NCBI GenBank assembly: GCA_951406725.2
Contig: OX597814.1
Span: 147,498,001-147,562,000, forward strand
From: Octopus vulgaris
Taxonomy: Eukaryota
Direction: 5' to 3'
Length of the DNA: 64,000 nucleotides
The translations under genes and the position numbers were made by a program. Positions 53,246 to 64,000 of the stretch are shown one piece after another. The notes under the pieces are model-generated. The model searched no databases and was not told the origin of the DNA. It saw only the letters and a program-made list of their open reading frames with translations. The stretch's first letter is position 1. Every line of letters begins with the position of its first letter.

Positions 53246-54491
53246 ACATAGATACGTTTGTATGATTTTGACAAGATGATAAGTGTGAAACAGATTTACG
53301 CTTCTAAACAACATACATTATCAACAATACATACAACAATATATATATTTTACTTATCTATAAATCATTCTTGTCATGTCCCATATTTTATTGCTGTGAA
53401 ATTTTACAAACAACCCTATGCATACACTCACACACATGTGTACAGATATATACATATATGTGTGGGTGTATGTAAGTACAATACACATACTTGCTATTGT
53501 TTTCTGCTTTACTACTCGATCAGCTATCCACAGAACCCTCTTTGATGTGCGGGGGATTGGTTCCGTGCTCACACGAACAGCCAAAATATTAGTTACACAT
53601 TCTTCAACTACTGTTCAACCGACGCTGTAAATCTTCAGTTACATCTTCATTTTATTTTATCGTACATTCTTTTATAATTATATGAAAGAGGGTACGACAT
53701 TAATCGTAGTTGTCATTTCTATTCATATCTTTTAGTTTGTGTTTTTATATTTTTATCTTCACCCCCAAGGCTGGTAAATAATGGAGTTATTGGCTCGTCG
53801 GATAAGAATAACTTCCGGTAATCGTTCCGCTTCATGCAGTTCGATTCATTCTGGGGTTAGCACTTCCTTGCAAACCTTTGGGCGTCAATAAATAAAGCAA
53901 TAGATAAAGCCCTCGTCCAACTCTAACGTTGATTTATTTTCTCTCTTACGGATTTTATTCTCATTCAAAAATTCACTTCAATCTGCTTTAAGAATTGCTT
54001 TGGAGATATTCGTGTCTGTGGACTATCAAACTACTAAGACGTTAATTTTATATTCCAGAATTCTGCAGATTGAAAAAATTAATAATCTTCTTTGTAACCG
54101 ACGGAGAATCCATTACGTCTATTTATACTTTCAGCTTTGTTTATGATTATTTATTTATTTATTTATTCTGCTGTTATGAGAAATACAAACACTGTTATGG
54201 AATAAAACAACTCACTAAAAAAAGAAACAACTGAAAATATAATAAATGCATGACTTTGTCAAGAAATATCTACATGTGTCACTTGTCATATGTCACCTTA
54301 TACACATTTTATTGCTCGGGGGTCGGATCTCTTACTGAATTCATATTCTCCAGTGTATAAAAACAAATATGTGTGAGTGTGTGAAGTTTCATGTATGTAT
54401 GCTCGCAGACACATTTATATACACATACGCACGCACACGCACATGCACACACTAACTATAAAAAACAGCATATTTTCAAATAGCAAATAAC

Positions 54492-54538
<47 letters not shown>

Positions 54539-55024
54539 CACGGGGCGATAGTTGCAGGGGACGTTACAAGGTCAAGTTACTAGAACGGTAGTGAGGTGTT
54601 CTACGCAGAGTCAAATTATGTACAAACAAAAAAATATATACAATATAATAAAAAAAAAATATACATGCAAACTAACGATAAAAAAAAAAGAAACAATAAT
54701 TTCTAATATGTAATATTAATAAATAATTCCACAATGAACGGAAAGAAATTAACGCCGAGTTTTCTCTCGAACTTCTGTCGAGCTAACATTGTTGGCTTTT
54801 GCTTCCGTTTGATGTGTAAGTCAACACCGACAAATAACTGTGATAACTGTAAATGTCAGTGTTAGTCATTCTAATTAGTGGATCTTGTTTCTTCTGTGTT
54901 TTAATCTTTTCATGTTACTCTTTTTACACTTCCTATGTCATATACGAATATTTTAATTTGTCTCACACTCGTCTATCGGAACAAACTCCTCGGATTTTGC
55001 TTTGATTTCTTTTGTTTGTGCTTA

Positions 55025-55076
<52 letters not shown>

Positions 55077-55890
55077 TTATTTATACATACATACACACAT
55101 TTTCTCTTTAGCTTTATCTTTCGTTTCATTCTATGCCTTTTACTGCTGCTTATTATTGTGGTTACTTGTTTATTTTTTCTGCAATTTCTTTTTATGTATT
55201 TTAACACCTCATTAATTTTAACACTGGTAAATTCTTATAAACTTTACATTAGCAGCAAATGTTTTAATTTTATATTAATTTCTTTATTCTTTTTGTCATT
55301 TTACCAGAGTGCAGTATATTTGTTGAGCGTGTATGTGTGCTTATTAAAAGAGTCATAGTTACTGCTTTATACGGTGGCTGAATCATTGAAGTGTTAGATC
55401 TAAAGCATTGCAAGAAATCAACTTTGCTTTTCATATTCTGTCGATAAATAAATTAAAGCTCAGACTGTCGGATTGGCAGAATTGCAAGCCAATCGGACGG
55501 AGTGATTTGTAGGATCTTTATATGTTTCTTTGCCTTCTGGAGACACCAGTTAACATGGAATTGCTACCAAGACTTCGGCGATTGTTTTCATTTGAACAAG
55601 GAAATGTGTGTACAATGTAGAAGTGAGTGCAAACTTGGTCTTTGATATTCCATGGTGAATAGAAAATCTTGACAATGTTTGCATATTACAAAGAAATATT
55701 CCAGATGATAATCAATAGTCTCACGAGACATGCAGGTCACGTATGGCCATATGCTCATGAACGCTTGCGCACACAAACGCGCGCCGAGTCACACATACAA
55801 ACACGCAAACACATAAACGGAGAGAGCGTGTGTGTAAAAGACGAAAATACATTCTTATGCATGTGGTGTGAGTCACATGCACATATATGA

Positions 55891-55971
<81 letters not shown>

Positions 55972-56776
55972 TTTGTGTGTGTGTGCGTCTGGTCTGTATA
56001 TATTTTCCTTATGCATTCGAAAACTGTGTTGTTGATTTTGATGTATGGGGTATCAACAGACTCAGTAACCTTTCGCTGCCAAGTAAAGTTTATTTCCATT
56101 GATATATTCCCTACATTATCTCAACAACCAGCAATAGTTATTTGAAATACAATGCTCTACAATGAGCAGGTTTCGTTACAAATAGTTTCACACTTTCAGT
56201 TTGAAGCAAAATTACTGCGTTGCATTATGAGAGTGCCAGTGTGTGAATAATGAAAGTAATTTTTCTCCAAATTAGTCACATTTGTACTATAAGAGAGAAA
56301 GCTGCTTATCCTCTCACAAATAATCTGTTTCTGACAGAACAACTCTTTTTCTCTTTTTTACTCGTAAAATAAACTCAGAGACGAGGTCGGGTCGGACAAT
56401 TTCGAGGTCATTTTCGGATAATATTTTGATTAGCTTTCAATGTTTTACTTTCGTTCAATGGTTCACGCATGCGTAGACTGCTACTCAAATATTTCTGAAA
56501 AAGTAGGCAAAAATATTGTATTAAGATATGCTACAACCAAAACCTTTCATTAGAACACATCCATTTCTCTATAAGTTATAATGAAATACAATCACTCACT
56601 CTCTTTCTCATATGTACACGCATACGCCCACATACATATAAAAAATATGTATTTGTGTAAGTGTATAGTATAGATAATGTGTATGTGTGACAGAGAGGGA
56701 GAGAGGGCGAGTGAATGCCACTTAATTATGCAAAAGTTTACATAAATGACAACACACACTTTCACCCACACACACA

Positions 56777-56811
<35 letters not shown>

Positions 56812-57924
56812 GCACACTTCTTCCTCTATTTCACTTTCTGCTCTCATTTCAAAGCAAATGTCGCCTTTTCCCTTTCTCCTCTCTTTCAATGTTTGCTCTC
56901 TTCAATGCATAAAGAAAAAAAATTACGGAAATTAACGGACAATCATGTGATCCCATATAATCGATCATATGGTTGAGTTGGCAACTTTGCTGCTTCAAAC
57001 GAAAGAATGTCATAAAATAAGTTCCTTTGATACACACACACACAAACATACATGCACACACACGCACAGTGTAAAACATCTGTATGAATTATGTTATTTC
57101 ATGCTGTGTGCACGCACAAAATTACAGCTCAAATCCAATTGAAATGATTTTTTCTCTTCTGCATTTGTGTTTATGATGAGCGTATTTAAAACCCTGATCT
57201 TCGATATAAACTTAAAAGGAAGTTTTCCCAGAAATCCTGTCCTTTACCTGTTGCTTCTAGCATGTCCGAGGTCACATTTTCGCTTCCCACAAACTTCTTT
57301 TCTCATATATTTCTTTCGATTCCTATATTTTCGATACAGGAGGTTAGAATTTCGCCCAAAAAACACAATCTCGCAATGTTTTCTCGGACGAAAGTGAAAC
57401 ATTGTGTGATTTTAGCTTTTTGAAAGCTGGTAGGTGATGGGTGGGTGAGCTGGGGAAAGCAGCATTGAGTGTCTCTTTAAGAAAAATTAAATTTATAAAC
57501 ATTTATTTATTTCCCAGATTCGTAATCTCTGGATTTTTCTACGTGAATGAAAACAATTTTTTTAAAGCTACAAATTAAAAAATTGTAGTTGAGACGCGGC
57601 TAAATTAAACTTTTGAAGACGTGATTTCTGGGCAAAATTGTATTAACCCCCATTTATATGAAGAAACTATAATTAGTTTGTGATCCTTCTTAAGAACAAA
57701 AAGCACTTTCATGCAAATTGTAACCTCTCTGCTACACTTTTACACAAATAATAACTTCCATTACACTAGTAGTCCAGTTCACTATATAACAGCTGTTATA
57801 TATTCTGCCCATAAGAAAGGAACAAATAATACAATGTGACTGTACGTCATAGCAACCGAACAACTTCGGGGTGCAATGCTAGTATATGTGCGTGTGTGTT
57901 TGTGTGTATGTATGTATATATATG

Positions 57925-58355
57925 CTTCATGTGCTGAATTTTGCGGGCTGTGATTAAACATTTGCCGCACAGTTGCGACATTCTCTGCTGATCGGGATGT
58001 GGTTGGACGGCCACTTTTCTTGCATCATATACAGAGCCCGTTGTCATCAGCTTTGTATGAGAGCTTTTTATTGTCTCCGGGCGTAGTGTTGCATGTTTAA
58101 TTTTCTATGCACGCCACCATCTCTGAACCAAAGCAATGAAATTCTACACTTTATAGCGTGCTGCTATCTTAAATTGCTCCTGAATTTAAGATACGGCTTT
58201 CGGAAAAAGAAGACATTAGAAACAAAACAATAAGAAAAGAAAAAAATTCCCTACTAGTGTTGTCTGTTTAAAAAAATATTTTCCTCATTACTTCAGTGAT
58301 ACTAATAATTCTCTAAGCAATTTCTAATGCCTAGTTACTTTTCACCCACCCTCTA
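57925..58355 (-). mobile_element. Tc1/mariner-superfamily 5' fragment (terminus and DUF4817-like HTH)
   Basis: Minus strand begins tatagagggtgggtgaaaagtaac. Peptide VQRWWRA...TKLMTTGSVYDAR/KSGRPTTSRSAENVATVRQMFNHSPQNS. Confidence 0.8.
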
Positions 58356-58543
58356 TATGTGTGTGTTTGCGCGCGTGTTTATCAGTTTGTGTTGCACGAT
58401 TCCTGATTTGAAATCGTGTTGAAACAGATACTGTATTTCGAGATAGTCATTTTTTCTTTTTGCTTTCTTGCCAAATAAACACAGGTACTATATATTTTCT
58501 TCACTCGTTTATTACTACTTTAAATTTTCAACCCATGTCCATT

Positions 58544-58588
58544 GTCTGGAAATCTTTCGTCACACATCTGTGACCTCTTCAACGGCAC
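58544..58588 (-). ncRNA. Degenerate minimal hammerhead-like motif
   Basis: Minus strand gtgccg-TTGAAGA-G-GTCAC-agatgt-GTGAC-GAAAGATTTC-cagac; homologue at 19164-19205 has a core deletion. Confidence 0.5.
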
Positions 58589-60421
58589 TTTTATATATTT
58601 GAATGAAGATGGCAATGGGAGCATTACCCTTGAAGCTTTCTTTTATGCAAGGCCCCAAAGACTGCTGGATGTAGGCTATCATGAAACCAGTCGCACAATC
58701 CAAATACATGCAAAGGAATAAAATTTGCTCGAATCATCTACGGACCAGGTTGTGGGTTTAAACCGTGAGACTGATTATGTCCAACACCCTAGGCTTCGGG
58801 CGTAAATGTTCGAAACAAATATCGCAAGGTATCTCATAAAATGTTCTGCCAATTCCATCCAGTTACCGACCCTGGACTGTCCCCTTATTTTATCAACCTC
58901 AAAAGAGGACTAAAAGTAAATATTAGCCCTTAGAGATTTAAACCTTGAACAATGAATTAGCAGGCAGCTTTCGAGCATTTATGTCAGTTTGCCCTCTATT
59001 AGCGGCGAAATGGTATTGAATACCTCGTATTTGATATCGACTCCCAGCAGTCGATGCTCAAATCATGCCGAAGGTAATGATTACATTTTCAGAATCGGGG
59101 AAAATAAGTGGCATCCGTAGGAAAGAAAATAGAGTAACTCTAAGAATGCCAGGCCGTATGCCTTCATTTATATCTTCAGGATCTCTGCTCTCTGACTGAA
59201 ATTCCACCAAAGAGCTTTAAGAGAAGGCTTACAAAACCTTACTAAGTAAGGTAACTCCTCGAAAGCAATGCCAGCACAATATATTTGCTGTTGGGCACAG
59301 ATAAGAGAGTGTTCCAGAGAGAGAGAGAGATACAGAGAGTCATGTGCCCTGGGGAACGAATGAATGAATACATATGAGTGTGCATGTATGCGTGTATATC
59401 TGAATGTTTGTGTGTGTGTGTGTGTGTTTTTGTGTGTGTTTGTTTGCTTGTGTGCATGTGTTTAGTTGCTTGAACTTTAAGTCGAAAAAGCCTCCTTCAG
59501 TCACTTAATGATGAACATGTCAATATGGATTTGACATTGAAACAATATAGTGCAATGATACTCGAATAACTAACGTAAGGTCGTTTCCAAACAGAGCAGC
59601 CTCTGTCCTACAGACTGCTGAGAGATTCCTCTTCGTTTTCTACCGATAACACAGTTCTCCTTGATTGCAGCTGCGTTTATACCAACCCATACACACTGTA
59701 ACACTGAATCAGTAGTTTCTTCTGTTTACCTCACATATATCGTTTTACTTCTGCAGGCTTTCCTTTACCCATTTCTCCACCAATATCTACTACTCCTAAC
59801 AACAATTCACCCGGAATTTCTTCTTTCCCTCAGTTTTTTTCCTATAGCCGTCATATCTTAATTGTACGTCACATCGATCACACACACATACACACTCGCA
59901 CTCGCACGCACACGCACCTACTCCACACACACTCACGAGAGTGGAAACCTTACGTGGTCAAATCTTTCTATAGTCTGCTTTAAAAGACTGTTCGAGAAAT
60001 ATTTTTCGATTGTCATCAGCGAGTGAAAATTATAGAAAATATTCAGAAAGCAAATAAAGGGGACCTTATCTCTAAAGAATATTGATGAAAACACTGATCA
60101 TATTTCAAGCTTGCTCAATATCTCAGCACCAAAATATATTCGCTTCAATTGGATTCACAAAGAGGTGATCATTGTCTATAGAAATAAGGGAACTGTACAG
60201 ACGGTTATTATCAATATCGACCATAGAGCTGGTATAAAATACAAAAGGGTATCATCTATTGTTCAAATATATATAAGGTAGACACTTATATAATTAATAT
60301 AGCTTAAAATCTTCGATTTAAACGGTTATTTTTAACATATGCTAGTAAACCGAAGGCAGAAAAACGCAGGTTTTAATTGATACGTGAACTCCTGCATATG
60401 CATAGGATGTATGAATAAGTG

Positions 60422-60485
<64 letters not shown>

Positions 60486-60487
<2 letters not shown>

Positions 60488-62009
60488 TAAGTAGTTGAAT
60501 GAATTATCCTAGTATGGATAATTCGGTTAACCGATACCCGGGTAACAAATTTACGTCAGAAAGCACGGTTGAAGCTACATGCCAAGGGCAGAAATCACGT
60601 GCTTTCGTGTGGAAATTTGTGTGTTTTTACTATAGATAAATGAAAGAATGGAGTCGAACGGCGATTTAACAAAATTCCTTTATTCTCGACATATGTTTCG
60701 AAGACTGCATATTCCTAATTCCGAAGGAATAAAGGGTGCATTATGCCGTCTTCTCATCAGGAAAGACAAGGAACTTATGTCAGCATCATGACGAACAAAC
60801 ACTTTTAAATGACTGCCCACACGGAGTCCATAGTGATAATGAGTGTTTCTTTAAAATATTCCGTTATAAGCAGTGATGTCAAAATTGGTTGGATGGATAA
60901 GATTCTAAGAAGTTCAAGAGTTCAAAAATGGTTGGAAGGGGAAAGATCTAAGAATATGGGGGTGACAGAGTTCAAGTCGTATGTATGGTGATGCGTTGTT
61001 GTTTGCTTCTGCCAATGAGATTGAGTGCCTATGTGTGTGTATGTATATAACTGCATTCGTGTCTATGTGTGTGTATGTGTGTGCGTGATTGTTTGTGTGG
61101 GGGGATAAATGCCAAATACCTCTAGTGGTGAAGTTGCAGGTTTGTGTCTGTGTGTTTGATTGTGCTTATGATAGAGAGAGGGAGAGAGGGGGTAGAGGTA
61201 GAGAGACAAAGGTAGAACATACCCCAACGAATTTGGTAGTAGGCCTTCAAGTAACGGAGTATAAAAAATTTTTTGTCTATGGTGTTGTTGTAGATGTGGA
61301 ACCAAATTATTAAATTCAAGGAGGTTATCTATATTAATCATCATTCATATGAGTGGAAGGTGTGTTTCTGCCAGTGCATGCATCTATAGGATTTTTCTAC
61401 CATTGTGTTTACCTAAAGGGAATTTGACGAAAAGTATATAGAAAAGCTCGGAATTACAGACGGCACAATATTTTTCTGCCCTTATCAAAAGGAAAGGATA
61501 CAGACAATATGGACCATTCCAGCTTGAAAGTTATATTGCTGTCCTTAAGACGCCAAACTAATTTACTTAGTCCTGTACTTTGTTGTTTCCTCTTATCTCG
61601 GAAAGTTGAATAATGATTGGAAATCATCTGGGATAATTTAGAAGTAGTCGCCCCAACATAGAAGAAGACACCGGTACCGGAAGAAACCCTACACTGGTAA
61701 ATGGAATTTCTAATTTTGGAATTACTGGACAAGAACTTTAATCTGTTAGGGTTTACCTCCGAGACTAAGACGGAGTTTTTATTGTTATGATTGCTGTTAA
61801 TATAACTGCTAGCACTGACCACTATACTATTTCTATTATTGTTATTATTATTAATTGTACTATCGCCTGTAATATCCCTGACTATAGAAATGCTGCCGTT
61901 GTTATCATCAATACTACCACTGTTATTAGAAATGCTGTCGTTGTTACTACTAACACTACCACTGTTAATAATCCGACTAATATTATTATTAATATTACCA
62001 CTGTAAATG

Positions 62010-62011
<2 letters not shown>
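60486..62011 (-). mobile_element. 5'-truncated Penelope-like element (Naiad-type GIY-YIG C-terminus plus pLTR), between two (TA)n tracts
   Basis: SIYQCRV...FYVGAT...ISNHYSTF...STGLSKLVWRLKD...LEWSIL; after frameshifts, YCAVCNSELFYILF...VNTMVEKSYRCMHWQKH. Hammerhead in the downstream non-coding part. Confidence 0.88.
60675..60773 (-). ncRNA. Type I hammerhead ribozyme with canonical core
   Basis: Minus strand: ttccttgtctttc-CTGATGA-GAAGAC(g)GCATA-[~30 nt]-TATGC(a)GTCTTC-GAAA-CATATGTC-gagaataaaggaa. Intact CUGAUGA and GAAA, GUC cleavage triplet (predicted cut between 60688 and 60687), palindromic stem III ACAUAUGU, interrupted stem I. Confidence 0.88.
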
Positions 62012-62055
<44 letters not shown>

Positions 62056-62290
62056 GGTGTGTGTGTTTGTGTGTGTATGTGTGTGTGCATACATACATGC
62101 ATGCATATACACATGAGTGTTATACACTCTGGAATAGATAGTAGCTTTTGTCTACATTGAGTTCTCTAAAATTCAGACATGGTGTTTGTTTTCTTATAAT
62201 AAGAAATATATTTTTACATTACTAATAAATATAAATACACCTGCATACACATAGCCACAGAGATACACACATATGCATACATATATACAA

Positions 62291-62344
<54 letters not shown>

Positions 62345-62384
62345 AAGGATGGAGACAAATAAAAAGGAAGTAGAAAAAGAAAGT

Positions 62385-62424
<40 letters not shown>

Positions 62425-64000
62425 AGAACGAAAGATGAAGGAAAGAAAGAAGCAGAATATATGAGTTGGGATGCAAATAAATAGGTAGAATATGACCTGA
62501 GGTCCAAAAGAGAGAAAAAGATGTAAATCGGTTGGTGACTTAAAGAAACTGAGACATCGTAAAGAAGAAAGTTAATATAATATAGAAGTAGAGTTAAAGA
62601 AGCCCATAGAGAGAAAAGAAATGGATTTGACAGGAAGCTAATATGGCAGCTAGCAGGATATATGTTAGTAACATTTAACTTCATAATTGATGTATCGCTG
62701 CAATCTCATATTAGCTTTGTTATTTACTAGAGAATTTCGTATGTGACTGTTGTTTATGCGGTTTTTCTTTAGCACAAAATAAAAATCTGATTGAACATGT
62801 TTATGTATGATCAAAGGCAATCCAACCATGACTATCTCAGCTTTTTAAGGATATGTAGAGCTACGTTATTAAATTGTACAAGATTATTATCTGAAGTTAT
62901 CTATTTTTTCATTGGCAACTGTGTATCATATTTCATAACTATTTTGTGTTTCTCTCAGTACTTCTTTGCTTGTATGGCCAACTCTGCTTTGCCACGGTCG
63001 CAGATATGTTTCTGATATTACATAAAAGTACACCATACTTGTCGAAAGGATGAAAATAATATTTTTCTGTATTAAGGATAATCATTAGATTTGAACAGAG
63101 AATATTAATTTTAATGATTGAAATTTCTGATTAATTTTCTTTCTTTCCATGTGCAGTAATAATCTATTTTTTAATTTGTTGCAAAATAATTGATTTTGTG
63201 TTTTGTTAAGACAAACGAAGAATATGAAAAATTATCCGAATTAATACTTGCGCTGGTGCCATCCTATGTCACTTGTAAACAGATTTTATAATGCAGGCAA
63301 AATGTGAATTCGTTAGGTTCGGGATAATTTCAATGGAAGAGTAGTTTAAATGGTATACTGTAGTTTTTGCTGTCTCTCACTCTCATCAACAATCCAACAA
63401 AGGCCATTAAGAAGTCACTGAATCAAATACTAGTTATGTTGCCCGAATACACTACTTTTCTATGAAACTCAGCTTTGTGTCTAAGGGAGAAAAATATATT
63501 TATTAGTGGTAAATCTGAGGAAAATGGCGTTTAAATTTATGTGAGATTTATGTTATTTGTGCCTTCATTTCATCAAGAAATATTTAGTTTCGAGATGGTC
63601 ACAAAGAGAAATGGTATCGATTCAGTTAATCAAAGTCATTACTAATGTCCATGGAAACATACAATTACGTGTATTCCATAGAAAGCTAGTGTGGCAAAAT
63701 TAACGCTGCCTAATTGGATGAGGATTCTAGAATAACGAACCACACCCAATGACGAACAAGAACTTGATCTGTACTGACAAAAAGGAAAAATCATTGTTTA
63801 TGAAGCAAGAAAATCAATTCCAGTGATTGAAATTTGAGGTTAATTTTGTTTGATTTAATGTGCAGCACAATATACTGTAATATTATATTTTTCAATTTGC
63901 TGTAAAATAATTTAAGTTCTTTTACGTTAAAAAATGAAGGATATCAATAATTGTCTGAAATAATCCTTCAGTTGACGCCTTCGTACATCTTATAAATCGA

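Noticed and set aside
55555-55655. catggaattgct, similar to miR-281, with a distant imperfect inverted repeat
   Set aside because: Seed and 3' part do not match, and the pairing is too interrupted for a pre-miRNA.
60780-61790. Selenocysteine recoding (in-frame UGA plus SECIS), reported for some Naiad elements
   Set aside because: No in-frame UGA at cysteine positions in the surviving domain and no SECIS-like fold seen by eye; a SECISearch run would settle it.

Overview
AT-rich, microsatellite-saturated eukaryotic non-coding DNA (intron or intergenic). The SINE families, (TA)n/(CA)n/(GATA)n/(ATT)n density and decayed LINE proteins look like an octopod cephalopod genome (inference from repeat recognition, no search run). 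I found no intact host gene or convincing host exon; nearly all ORFs in the track are translations of simple repeats. The recognisable content is a transposon graveyard: two R4/Dong-like RLE LINE remnants, a Naiad-type Penelope-like element (GIY-YIG plus a canonical type I hammerhead ribozyme), CR1/L2-group, RTE and probable L1/Tx1 fragments, three Tc1/mariner relics, two TIR MITEs (one with telomere-like repeats and an 8-bp TSD), three tRNA-headed SINE families (some as tandem multimers) and a short 28S rRNA fragment. The most interesting signal is a set of hammerhead-like motifs from several unrelated repeat families, including a shared hammerhead-like motif in the 3' UTRs of both RLE LINEs. 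All alignments and folds were done by eye; boundaries are approximate to about 10-30 bp unless a TIR or TSD is quoted.
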